DNA of 64,000 nt from Gammaproteobacteria bacterium (GTDB taxonomy: Bacteria; Pseudomonadota; Gammaproteobacteria; UBA4575): positions 160,001-224,000 of the forward strand of contig CBDEUS010000001.1 of assembly GCA_965243395.1 (NCBI GenBank), in the 5' to 3' direction. The position numbers and the translations under genes are program-made. Shown in pieces: positions 10,948 to 20,359 of this stretch. The notes below the pieces were generated by a model. That model searched no databases, was not told the DNA's origin, and saw nothing but the letters and a program-made list of their open reading frames with translations. Each line of letters begins with the position of its first letter. Position 1 is the stretch's first letter.

Positions 10948-11838
10948 TTATCGGCCTCTTTTCGGCGGCTTAAACCATTTAAAAATATTAAAGCCACCCT
11001 TTATCCAAAAATATAATACTCGTTGCCACATTTTAGAATAGTCGTCTTGTAAATAAAATTTCAGCATTGCATCTTGATCGTAGGGCCCTAGCGTGCAGCG
11101 CCTCATACACCTTAGGTCAAAAAATCTTTTTAAAGTCTTACCTAGTGGTTTCGCTTTGCAAAATTTATCTAAATCTAAAATATAAAGAGTAGCACTTTTG
11201 AGATCTTCAGCATTTAGTTTTTGAATATCTTTATTGGGCAAAGAAATTAAGAAGTTACCTGGATGAGGGTCTCCTTGTCTAAATCCAGCGTTGTGTATAG
11301 TTCGCGTGATTGTCGTTATTTTATTTGCAAGAAGCATATAAATGGTATCCAGGTTTTTATTGCCATTGTCAGAGAGCTTTTCAGATAAGCTATACAAAGA
11401 ATCCTCGGCATGAATTTTTTCGTACATGAAGAAGTTTTTGTTATTAAATAAGTGCTGCGACTCAGTCCAGTAAGCAATTGGTTTTATACATTCAATTCCA
11501 ATAGACTTGAGCAAAATGGAACCTTGAAAAGCGCGAAAATTATAATCCTTAAAGAAGGTTGAAATATATAAATTTAATCTTCTTAGAAGCCTATATTTTT
11601 TATCGATTGTTGAAACTTTTAATATTACATCTGTATTAAGAATAGGATGTTTGAATGTATATAATCTATTTCTTTTACGCGTATGTCGATTTAGACGAAA
11701 ATTATCATTTATATACTCCGCAAATTTTTTGTCTTCCACCCATCTGGTTAACTCAGTAATGCATGGAATATCTGATGCATATGCATATTTTCCTTTTTGG
11801 CCATCTGAGAATTTTATGTCTTCAGTTTTGACTTTCAT
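10948..11838 (-). CDS. LPS kinase (Kdo/WaaP/InaA-like) family protein
   Basis: Protein-kinase-like motifs: VILK, QGDPHPGNFL catalytic loop, ILDLD; basic protein in an LPS cluster. Confidence 0.65.
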   Translation of the reverse strand: MKVKTEDIKFSDGQKGKYAYASDIPCITELTRWVEDKKFAEYINDNFRLNRHTRKRNRLYTFKHPILNTDVILKVSTIDKKYRLLRRLNLYISTFFKDYNFRAFQGSILLKSIGIECIKPIAYWTESQHLFNNKNFFMYEKIHAEDSLYSLSEKLSDNGNKNLDTIYMLLANKITTITRTIHNAGFRQGDPHPGNFLISLPNKDIQKLNAEDLKSATLYILDLDKFCKAKPLGKTLKRFFDLRCMRRCTLGPYDQDAMLKFYLQDDYSKMWQRVLYFWIKGGFNIFKWFKPPKRGR

Positions 11839-11955
11839 AATAAGATTTTTCTTATTTTTCTACTACACTTAATGATCAAAGCTAAATGGGATATGATACT
11901 GATCGTGTTTAATAATTTTATTCACTTACTTGAGAATATAACCTAGAAGACAGTT

Positions 11956-12612
11956 GTGACAAATAGCGAGAATAAAAAAGTTCCGAATAATGCGCTACAG
12001 TTGCCTGATGATATCAGAGTTACTGAGTTTTTAGGTGAAGGTGGCAGAGCCTATGTTTACCGTGCCGTGATGGATACATTAGATGTTATAGTAAAAGTAT
12101 ATAAAAAAGATGTTGTAATAAAATACCTTGAAAAATATGCTGTCGATATCGCCCAATATGAGTTTGATCGAAATAAAGCCCTATATAGTATTGCTAAGAT
12201 TAAAGAATATATAGCCAAACCATATCGAGTATATACACATAAAAGCAGTCGCACTCACTGTATCATCCAAGAATTTGTGACAGGTACTATTTTAGAGAAT
12301 TTGATTATTGAGCTTGATTACTTGCCTAAAGAAATATTACAAGCAGGTTATGACATTGTTAGAGAGGCTGAGAATAATGGGATTCACGACTTAGACATAA
12401 GTGCTGGAAATCTTATGGTGAAAAAAATCGATGGGGTATGGAAACCAAAACTATACGATTTTAATTTGATGTCACAGTATTTAAATCCTACGAATCCTAT
12501 ATTAGGTTTTGCAATCAAATGTGGTATACGTAAGAAATCCTATCGTGATTATCGAAGTTTGAAAAACTGGGAAAGACGTGGTGAAAAACGCCTTTGGTTA
12601 GGTAGAAGCTGA
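11956..12612 (+). CDS. Small protein-kinase-like (Kdo/RIO-like) kinase
   Basis: LGEGGRAYVY glycine loop, VIVKVY, HDLDISAGNL, LYDFN. Confidence 0.6.
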   Translation: MTNSENKKVPNNALQLPDDIRVTEFLGEGGRAYVYRAVMDTLDVIVKVYKKDVVIKYLEKYAVDIAQYEFDRNKALYSIAKIKEYIAKPYRVYTHKSSRTHCIIQEFVTGTILENLIIELDYLPKEILQAGYDIVREAENNGIHDLDISAGNLMVKKIDGVWKPKLYDFNLMSQYLNPTNPILGFAIKCGIRKKSYRDYRSLKNWERRGEKRLWLGRS

Positions 12613-12616
12613 GTTT

Positions 12617-13309
12617 ATGAATAAAGATTTACCAAAGCCTGTATGGCTATTACTTCCATTTGTTGTAGCTCTGTTACCCTATGTCGCACGTATGATAAGT
12701 GTTGAATCTGACAAATACGTATATAGTGAATTGGGCATTATAGAGAATTTAACATTTGCATTCTTATGCGTAGCAATAATTACTTGTCTAGTTTTTTTGA
12801 CTTCCAAGAAAAAATACAATTTTTTAAGCTTTAGATATTGGATAATTTTGTTTTTGTTGGGAACAATCTATTATGCTGGTGAGGAGATTAGTTGGGGCCA
12901 ACATTACTTTGGTTGGGCGACTCCCGAATCATGGAAAGATGTAAATGATCAACAAGAGACCAATTTACATAATACGGCTGCTATATTTGATCAAATTCCA
13001 AGAACGCTATTATCTATTGCAGCATTAATTGGAGGAGTGTTGATTCCAATTTATAGAAGATTTAAAAATCATATTCCTAATGAACAATCATTTTTTGATT
13101 GGTTATTTCCAACCTATGTCTGTATACCTGCGGCACTTTTTTCTATGTTAGTGAGTTGGCATGAAAAACCATATGAATTTCTCAACGTTTCAATTCCGGC
13201 AGTACTGGATATACGCGCTGGTGAGACTAAAGAATGCCTACTCGCATTGTTTATGATGATCTATGCGCTATCGATTTGGTATCGTAATCGAAATGTTAGT
13301 TCTATTTGA
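12617..13309 (+). CDS. Uncharacterised integral membrane protein
   Basis: About 6 TM segments; polar motif GEEISWGQH...NDQQETNLHN; 4 bp after the kinase. Confidence 0.7.
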   Translation: MNKDLPKPVWLLLPFVVALLPYVARMISVESDKYVYSELGIIENLTFAFLCVAIITCLVFLTSKKKYNFLSFRYWIILFLLGTIYYAGEEISWGQHYFGWATPESWKDVNDQQETNLHNTAAIFDQIPRTLLSIAALIGGVLIPIYRRFKNHIPNEQSFFDWLFPTYVCIPAALFSMLVSWHEKPYEFLNVSIPAVLDIRAGETKECLLALFMMIYALSIWYRNRNVSSI

Positions 13310-13312
13310 GTA

Positions 13313-13699
13313 TTAGTAATCAGCGTAGGACTTTTCTTCTACGATTTTGGAGCCTAGAAGTGAGTTAATCTTCTTTTTTGTCCCAGCTCGTTTGTCATTT
13401 TGAACATATACAGCACGTGCGAGCTCTATAAATACTTGGTCAAATTCTTTTTTAGCTTCTTTAATCCGAATTTTATCTTCTATATCCCATAAAGCCTGAT
13501 TATTTTCTTTTAATTCCTGTTTTAGTTCTGTTAGTTCTTCGTTTCTAGCTGTTTTGCTCCATATCTTGCTTAGTAACTCTAATTCCGTATTTATATTGGT
13601 TAATTTTATTTTATCTTTAATCTGTTCAGATTTAATCTCAAGAATAGTAATTTTATCTAGGAGCTCGCCTGGAGAGATGGGTACATTGATTGTTTCCAT
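13313..13699 (-). CDS. Small conserved protein (DUF6165-like), downstream of GT9
   Basis: PISPGELLDKITILEIK...LWDIED.IR...F..LARAVY..ND.R...K..IN...GS.IVEEKSY pattern. Confidence 0.75.
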   Translation of the reverse strand: METINVPISPGELLDKITILEIKSEQIKDKIKLTNINTELELLSKIWSKTARNEELTELKQELKENNQALWDIEDKIRIKEAKKEFDQVFIELARAVYVQNDKRAGTKKKINSLLGSKIVEEKSYADY

Positions 13700-13701
13700 A
13701 T

Positions 13702-14763
13702 TTACGTATTAATACTTTTCCTTTGGGATGATTGTAATATATGTTGAAGCTTTTCTATCACTTCATCGGTACTGATTAGATCCATTACCCCTTCATGTTC
13801 TAATTTAGTACCCCATTTTAATTCACTCGCTGTTTTATTTCTAAATTTTTCTGCTGCTTGATCATATTTGTTTATACAGTTATCGATACTGAGGTAAGGT
13901 CCGCTGCGCATAGGATTACTTGCAGCATATAGTCCTAATACAGGCGTGTTAACTCCAGTAGCCATATGAGCAGGTCCAGAATCGGGAGTAATAATGACAT
14001 CTGCTCGTTGGAGTAGGGCTAAAAATTTTTTCAAATTATCTTTACCAATTAAATTAGTCGCTTTTTGCTGCATATGTTTTTGAATTTTTTTGCCCAGTGC
14101 ATATTCAGTTTCTGAAGGCCCTCCGCATAATATAATATGAGCATCAAATGCTTGTATGGCATAGTCTGCAACTTCCGCATAACATATGCTGCTCCAGTTA
14201 CGTTTAGGGTGGCTGGAACAAGGGCTAATGATGATGTTAAAGCGAGCTTTATCAATATGTTGTTCTGCAAATTCATGCGCATCGGAAGGGATGACATAGT
14301 TCCAGATTAATTCCCGTTCTTTTAAACCTATGTGTTCAATAAAGCTAAAAAAACTATCTAAGACATGTTGTTCAGGCGTGTATTCAATGCTTTCATTAAT
14401 AAATAGTGAATGAAAATCTTTTGCGCGTGATTTATCATAACCAAGCTTTAATTTTGCTGGAATTAATTTACTAATGTAGTTAGCGCGTAGAGATACTTGT
14501 GCACAAATTAAAATATCATACGATTTAGTTTTCATTTGTTTAGCAATAGAACGGTAACTTCGTATAGAAGTAGATTTGTCAAACAAAATAAATTCAATAT
14601 TCTGTATATCACTTACTAAGCCAGCTTCATTTTTACCTATTACCCAAGTAAGTTTAGTATTTGGCCAATATTTTTGTATGGTACGCACTATGGGAATCAT
14701 ATGAGTGACATCACCAATAGCAGATAAGCGTAGAATACAAATCGAATTTGGAGGGGTATTCAT
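13702..14763 (-). CDS. GT9 heptosyltransferase, OpsX-like
   Basis: ILRLSAIGDV, PDSGPAHMA motifs; divergent from kdkA. Confidence 0.85.
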   Translation of the reverse strand: MNTPPNSICILRLSAIGDVTHMIPIVRTIQKYWPNTKLTWVIGKNEAGLVSDIQNIEFILFDKSTSIRSYRSIAKQMKTKSYDILICAQVSLRANYISKLIPAKLKLGYDKSRAKDFHSLFINESIEYTPEQHVLDSFFSFIEHIGLKERELIWNYVIPSDAHEFAEQHIDKARFNIIISPCSSHPKRNWSSICYAEVADYAIQAFDAHIILCGGPSETEYALGKKIQKHMQQKATNLIGKDNLKKFLALLQRADVIITPDSGPAHMATGVNTPVLGLYAASNPMRSGPYLSIDNCINKYDQAAEKFRNKTASELKWGTKLEHEGVMDLISTDEVIEKLQHILQSSQRKSINT

Positions 14764-14811
14764 AGTAGACTTAGTGAATGGGTGAGATTCAATCTATTTG
14801 ATAGCTGTACA

Positions 14812-15540
14812 ATGGAAAATATTGAGGTGAAATATGAAGGTAATCATATCGTTGCCCATAACAAATTACTATTTGAATCATTTCCTCTCAAGTTATTTGA
14901 TCCCGTTTATTTAGAGTCGAATTCTGAATTGATTTCTTCGATGTCAGAAACACAGCATGGAAGAGGGAATATACACGGCTTTAAGTATAATAAATTAGAC
15001 TTGTTGTTGCGGCATTATCACCGAGGCGGAATGTTGGCAAAGATTGTAGATGATGGATATTTATGGGCAGGCTTATCTAAAACTAGACCAATGAGAGAGT
15101 TATTAATGCATTTAGAAATGCTGAAATTAGGTCTACCAGTTCCTACTCCTGTTGCTATTCATGTTCGGCGATCTGGATTGATTTATCGTGCGGATATCAT
15201 CACAAAATATATTTCAAATGCCAGAACGTTGAGCACAGTATTGCTTGAAAATAATATTAGTGACCAAACTTGGAATAGAATTGGAGAAACAATTAAAAAG
15301 TTTCATGCGAAAAATTGTAATCATGCAGACCTAAACGCACATAACATTTTGCTATGTGATAATGAGGATATATATTTAATAGATTTTGACAAATCTATGA
15401 TTGATAACTCTTCAGGCCAATGGAAAGATAGGAATCTAAAGCGACTTAAGCGCTCACTAGAAAAATTATCCTCAAATAACGAGAAATTTAATTATACTGA
15501 TGAGGCATTTTCTATGCTTATGCAGGGTTATTCAGCATAA
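14812..15540 (+). CDS. kdkA: 3-deoxy-D-manno-octulosonic acid kinase
   Basis: GRG, LRHYHRGG, LPVPTP, YRADII, HADLNAHNILL, IDFDK, NLKRLKRSLEK motifs; start taken at ATG 14812 (uncertain). Confidence 0.9.
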   Translation: MENIEVKYEGNHIVAHNKLLFESFPLKLFDPVYLESNSELISSMSETQHGRGNIHGFKYNKLDLLLRHYHRGGMLAKIVDDGYLWAGLSKTRPMRELLMHLEMLKLGLPVPTPVAIHVRRSGLIYRADIITKYISNARTLSTVLLENNISDQTWNRIGETIKKFHAKNCNHADLNAHNILLCDNEDIYLIDFDKSMIDNSSGQWKDRNLKRLKRSLEKLSSNNEKFNYTDEAFSMLMQGYSA

Positions 15541-15554
15541 TTAACTTCTTTAGA

Positions 15555-16799
15555 CTAATTTAAAAATTGATCCAAATTTTCTAAATACTTATTTAAAATT
15601 TCAGATTTTTGATTTACAAAATATATTGCATTTTTACCATACCCTTCGCGTTGACCATCATTTTTTAGCAATGAAATTAATTGTAAGCCAAGTTCATGAT
15701 TGTCGTTTACTTGAATAATTGCGCCTGCTTCTAAAAGATCATTTACTTCTAGTGCAAAATTATCTGTGTAAGGTCCAACCATAATACACTTACCGTAGCT
15801 GGCAGGTTCAAGAATATTATGACCTCCTCTAGCTATAAGCGAGCCACCTACAAAAACAAGCGCTGCTTCATTATAAAATATGTCTAGTTCCCCTAGGGTG
15901 TCGACAATATAAACATCCGTCTCATTAGTAATTTCATCATGTTTACTGCGAACAGCAACATCCAAACCTTTGTATTTCAGATTTTTAGCAAGAGTTGTAC
16001 AACGATCTGGGTATCGTGGCGCCAATACTAAAAGATAGTTTTTTCTTTTTAACAACTCGACATGTATGGAAAGCTGTAACTCTTCATCTTCATGAGTAGA
16101 GGCGCCTAGAAAAAATGGTCGCTTAATTGTGGTGCATGCTAGCTGCTCATTTTTATTTTCCAACATGGCATACTTTAAATTGCCTAAAGTTATGACAGAT
16201 TGTGGATCAGCGCCTAGGTTAAGATAATTTTTTAAATCTTGTTTCGATCTAGTAAATATTTTCTTTACATTAACTAGTGCGCGTTTATATTCTTGTTTAA
16301 TAAAGCTACTGGTTTGAAGAGTTTTATTTGAAAGTCTTGCATTGATGATTGAAATAGGTATAGAAAGCTTATTTGCCTGAGCATAGTAGGTAGGCCATAT
16401 TTCAGTTTCCATTATAAAACTAACACGTGGTTGAACTTGTTTTAAGAAGCGTTTAACGCAAAATGCGAAGTCAAGAGGAAAGTAATAGTGTGCAAAATTA
16501 TTATCTGAATCTTTTTTTACTAAACTAGCAGCAGTGGTTGTATTGGTAGTAACCGCAATAGAACTATCAGGATATTTTGTAAGTATCGAAAAAATTAACG
16601 GTTTTGCAGCAAGATATTCACCTACTGAGGCACAGTGAAAATGTATGGGGTTAGAGCTCGCGCAAGTATATGTAAACCCTAAGCGTTGTAAAAAGTATTG
16701 AAGGCCGCCGTCTTTTAATGATCTGTAAGCTACATGCGCGAAAGCTAAGGGGCTTAGCGCAAGTAAAATGAGTTTGTATCGGGTGCTAGTGGACTGCAA
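15555..16799 (-). CDS. waaA: Kdo transferase
   Basis: HCASVGE, ETEIWP, GNLKY, ASTHEDEE, APRYPDR, DTLGEL, GGHNILEPA motifs. Confidence 0.92.
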   Translation of the reverse strand: MQSTSTRYKLILLALSPLAFAHVAYRSLKDGGLQYFLQRLGFTYTCASSNPIHFHCASVGEYLAAKPLIFSILTKYPDSSIAVTTNTTTAASLVKKDSDNNFAHYYFPLDFAFCVKRFLKQVQPRVSFIMETEIWPTYYAQANKLSIPISIINARLSNKTLQTSSFIKQEYKRALVNVKKIFTRSKQDLKNYLNLGADPQSVITLGNLKYAMLENKNEQLACTTIKRPFFLGASTHEDEELQLSIHVELLKRKNYLLVLAPRYPDRCTTLAKNLKYKGLDVAVRSKHDEITNETDVYIVDTLGELDIFYNEAALVFVGGSLIARGGHNILEPASYGKCIMVGPYTDNFALEVNDLLEAGAIIQVNDNHELGLQLISLLKNDGQREGYGKNAIYFVNQKSEILNKYLENLDQFLN

Positions 16800-16826
16800 A
16801 GTGTGGCATCAGGATTTATCGTTGGC

Positions 16827-18179
16827 CTAATTTAGCCAACCATCAATCTGAAGTAAATCATCCACATTCAGGGAACCCGTAGCTTGTTTTAGATTTAATG
16901 TGCTTAATAAATAATCATAGCGAGCTCGAGAATAATCACGCTTAGCGCGAAATGTCTCTTGTAGGGCAAGTAAAACATCTACAGAAGTTCGGGTACCCAC
17001 TTGAAAACCTGCTTCTGCAGCTTGTGCGGCGGCTTCAGTGGACTCTAGGGCTCTTGCAAGTGCCTTTACTCTACTTATGCCAGAGATCACGTTTAAGTAT
17101 GCATCACGGGTATTTTTAATTGTCTCTCTGCGAATCTTTTCGTATTCATTGTGCGATTGTTCAGCACGATACCGGGCTTCTTTGGTTTGGTAGTATGTTC
17201 GACCGCCCGCTATGAGAGGAATATTCAATTCAATACCTATGCGTGTGTCTTCTGACTCACGCGAACCGGAAATTCCACCTGTATCCGCATCATTATGCGA
17301 AGCGACAATATCAAGAGTTGGATAATGTCGAGATTGTTGTAATTTTATTTCTTGTTGTGCAATTTTAGTGGTGTATTCACTCGACAATAAGCTTAAGTTT
17401 TGATCCAGTGCTTTATTAATCCACTCTTGCACATCATTAGGGTCAGGGGTGATAAGTTGCATGCGATCAGATAATAGATTGAGCGATTCAGCACGCTCGG
17501 CAATGATTACTTCTAATGCATCTTTAGATATTTCCAGCGCATTTTGCGCTTCAATTTCACTAGCTACAGCTAAGTCATAAGATGCTTGCGCTTCTTTTAC
17601 ATCCGTGATGGCGATCAATCCTACTTCAAATCGTTTCTGTGCTTGTTCAAGCTGACGTTGAATAGCCTCAATTTCAGATTGTCTAAATGTTAAATTATCT
17701 TGTTCCGCTAAAACATTAAAATAGGCTTCCGCAGTTCGCTGTATTAAATCTTGGTAAGAGGCATCTAAGTCAATACTTGCTCTGGCAACAGAGTCTTTAG
17801 CTTGGCGAAGTTGAATGTAGTAGTCGTGATGATACAACGCTTGAGTGATACTCAATGTATAACCATGATCATTAAAATCAACATCTCTACCTTCGACACC
17901 AAAAGTAGCTCCATCCGTTTCTTGGCTTACGTCGGTTGTGTTAGCAGTTAAGTTGGCCTGTGGAAGAATATTAGCGCGCGCGATAGGTTTTGCCTGAACT
18001 TCAGCCTGGTACCTTGATTCTGCAATTAAAATATCTGCATCATGTTGTTTAGCTCTCATGTAGATATCCATAAGGCTTAAGGCATGTGCAGTATTTAAAC
18101 CTGAAAATGCGAGCAGACATACTGAGATGAATAGTGGCTTAATAGACAATCTAAACCCTTTTTCTTTATATAATATCAT
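16827..18179 (-). CDS. tolC: TolC family outer membrane channel
   Basis: Signal peptide; two OEP repeats (RFEVGLIAITDV.EAQA, GFQVGTRTSVDVL). Confidence 0.9.
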   Translation of the reverse strand: MILYKEKGFRLSIKPLFISVCLLAFSGLNTAHALSLMDIYMRAKQHDADILIAESRYQAEVQAKPIARANILPQANLTANTTDVSQETDGATFGVEGRDVDFNDHGYTLSITQALYHHDYYIQLRQAKDSVARASIDLDASYQDLIQRTAEAYFNVLAEQDNLTFRQSEIEAIQRQLEQAQKRFEVGLIAITDVKEAQASYDLAVASEIEAQNALEISKDALEVIIAERAESLNLLSDRMQLITPDPNDVQEWINKALDQNLSLLSSEYTTKIAQQEIKLQQSRHYPTLDIVASHNDADTGGISGSRESEDTRIGIELNIPLIAGGRTYYQTKEARYRAEQSHNEYEKIRRETIKNTRDAYLNVISGISRVKALARALESTEAAAQAAEAGFQVGTRTSVDVLLALQETFRAKRDYSRARYDYLLSTLNLKQATGSLNVDDLLQIDGWLN

Positions 18180-18241
18180 GCCTATGTATCTGTATTTTGG
18201 TGCATTTTTAAAGCAGATAATGAGTAATCGGTCATTATTTC

Positions 18242-18565
18242 TCAGTAGATGGCCATGTTGGTATCAACCTCTCTTGCCCAACCATCAATTCCAGTTGAAA
18301 GATTAATGATTTTTGTAAAATCGTGCTGGGCCAAATAGTTGGCGACCGCTCGACTGCGTATACCATGATGACATATGACAACAATTTCCTCCTCTGGATC
18401 TAGCTCCAGTAGTGATCCAGGAATTTCCCTCATTGGAATAAGCTTTGACTTTGCTATATGACAACGTTCAAATTCCCAAGGTTCTCTAACATCTAATAAA
18501 AGAGGCGTTTCAGGAGTTTGGTCTAGATAGTCTTTTAGTTGTTTAGGGCTGAATTCCCTAAACAT
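18242..18565 (-). CDS. Rhodanese-like domain protein
   Basis: LLDVREPWE and CHHGIRS active-site loop. Confidence 0.85.
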   Translation of the reverse strand: MFREFSPKQLKDYLDQTPETPLLLDVREPWEFERCHIAKSKLIPMREIPGSLLELDPEEEIVVICHHGIRSRAVANYLAQHDFTKIINLSTGIDGWAREVDTNMAIY

Positions 18566-18580
18566 TATAGAAATGTCCCA

Positions 18581-19234
18581 TTATAGTTCGAATTCTTGGG
18601 GAGCTTGCATGCCAATCAAGGCCGGCAAGTTAGTTTCAAATAAGTTTGTAATGGTGCTCCCATAGTTTTCATTTTGAGTAACCAGCTTTGCCTGCATTAC
18701 AGGCGCTTTACCGTCAATTACAAAAAGTCGTCCATTGTTTGTTAGATATTTTTCAAATTGATCGCTGTACACAGGCATTGAGGCAGTTATAGCGATTACA
18801 TCATATTGTTTGCTCATCGAAGCGTTTGTCAAAACGTCTGCAACCTCAAAGTTAATATTTTCTATTTTTTGTTGTTGTAAAATTTTTTGGGCGTCAAGGC
18901 TGAGGTCCTCAAAATATTCAATAGTATCTACATGTTTTCCTAATTTAGCTAAGCATGCAGTAACAAATCCAGATCCAGTGCCTATTTCTAGAATACTATC
19001 GCTTGATTGTATTTGTAGAGCCTGCAACATACGTGCTTCGACCTTAGGTTCCATCATTACTTGATGGTGGGCTAATGGAATTTCCAAATCAGAAAAAGCT
19101 AATTTTTGATGTTTTTCAGGTACGAATAGTTCGCGTGGTGTTTCTTCAATCACTTTTAATACATCGATATCCAATACGTCCCAGGGTCGTATCTGCTGTT
19201 CAATCATATTGAATCTTGCTTGCTCTAAATTCAT
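18581..19234 (-). CDS. pcm: Protein-L-isoaspartate O-methyltransferase family protein
   Basis: ARFNMIEQQIRPW, PRELFVP, LEIGTGSGF; pcm-rhodanese-tolC synteny. Confidence 0.85.
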   Translation of the reverse strand: MNLEQARFNMIEQQIRPWDVLDIDVLKVIEETPRELFVPEKHQKLAFSDLEIPLAHHQVMMEPKVEARMLQALQIQSSDSILEIGTGSGFVTACLAKLGKHVDTIEYFEDLSLDAQKILQQQKIENINFEVADVLTNASMSKQYDVIAITASMPVYSDQFEKYLTNNGRLFVIDGKAPVMQAKLVTQNENYGSTITNLFETNLPALIGMQAPQEFEL

Positions 19235-19345
19235 ATGCTTTTATACCCGAGAGTAGCTTTGTTTGTATCCATTTGATTGTGAACATGATAGCAGAATACA
19301 TCCATCCACAATTATTATAAATTTATTGCCGCTGAAACATAATAT

Positions 19346-20359
19346 ATGAGCGCAGAAAGAATCCTTATCATAGGGCCAGCTTGGGTAGGGGATATGGTGA
19401 TGGTGCAGAGTTTATTTATTACTCTAAAGCGCCAAAATCCAAACAATGTCATTGATGTTGTCGCGCCAACATGGTCGGCTCCAGTGTTGAGCCGTATGCC
19501 AGAAATTAGAAGAGTTGTGCAGGTAAATTTGCAACATGGAAAATTGCAGTTAGCTGAGCGATATAGGGTTGGTAAAAGCTTAAAAGGTGAATATGACAAA
19601 GCTATAATTTTGCCGCGTACATTTAAGTCGGCACTGATTCCTTTTTTTGCAAAAATTCCCATACGTACCGGTTATCGTGGCGAAATGCGTTACGGAGTCA
19701 TCAACGATATGCGCAAACTAGATACCGATTTAACTTATAAAGCTGTAGAAAAATATCTTCAGTTGGTATCGCTTCCATCACAACTTTATCAAACACCTGA
19801 AATTATTTATCCAAAACTTCAAATTGATGAAGCTAAACGCAAACAAACGATGCGTAAATTTGAGCTCGATGAAACAACACCTTTTATTGGCTTTATGCCC
19901 GGTGCTGAATTTGGACCTTCAAAACAGTGGCCAGCAAAATACTTTGCAGAGTTAGCACAACGATTTAAAAAAGAAGGTTACAACATTTATATTTTTGGTT
20001 CGCCAAATGATAAAAAAATGGGTGAGGAGATCGCACAACTTTCAGATGGCGCTGCGGTTAATTTATGTGGCCAAACTTCGCTAGAAGAAGTCATTGATTT
20101 ATTGTCATTAGTTAAAGTAGCCATCACAAACGATTCCGGCTTAATGCATATTTCAGCGGCAGTGGGGCGACCTATTGTGGCAATTTATGGCTCTATCACG
20201 CCTAAATACACCCCTCCACTCACTGACAAAAAAGAAATTCAATATTTAGGGTTAGAATGCAGCCCATGCTTTAAAAAGCAATGCCCTTACGGGCATTATA
20301 ATTGCTTAAAGGGGATAGAAGTTGAAAAGGTTTATGCGAGTGCGCAAAAATTATTATAA
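19346..20359 (+). CDS. waaF: LPS heptosyltransferase II
   Basis: ILIIGPAWVGDMVM.QSL, PGAEFGPSKQWP, NDSGLMH, CSPCFKKQCPYGH motifs. Confidence 0.93.
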   Translation: MSAERILIIGPAWVGDMVMVQSLFITLKRQNPNNVIDVVAPTWSAPVLSRMPEIRRVVQVNLQHGKLQLAERYRVGKSLKGEYDKAIILPRTFKSALIPFFAKIPIRTGYRGEMRYGVINDMRKLDTDLTYKAVEKYLQLVSLPSQLYQTPEIIYPKLQIDEAKRKQTMRKFELDETTPFIGFMPGAEFGPSKQWPAKYFAELAQRFKKEGYNIYIFGSPNDKKMGEEIAQLSDGAAVNLCGQTSLEEVIDLLSLVKVAITNDSGLMHISAAVGRPIVAIYGSITPKYTPPLTDKKEIQYLGLECSPCFKKQCPYGHYNCLKGIEVEKVYASAQKLL

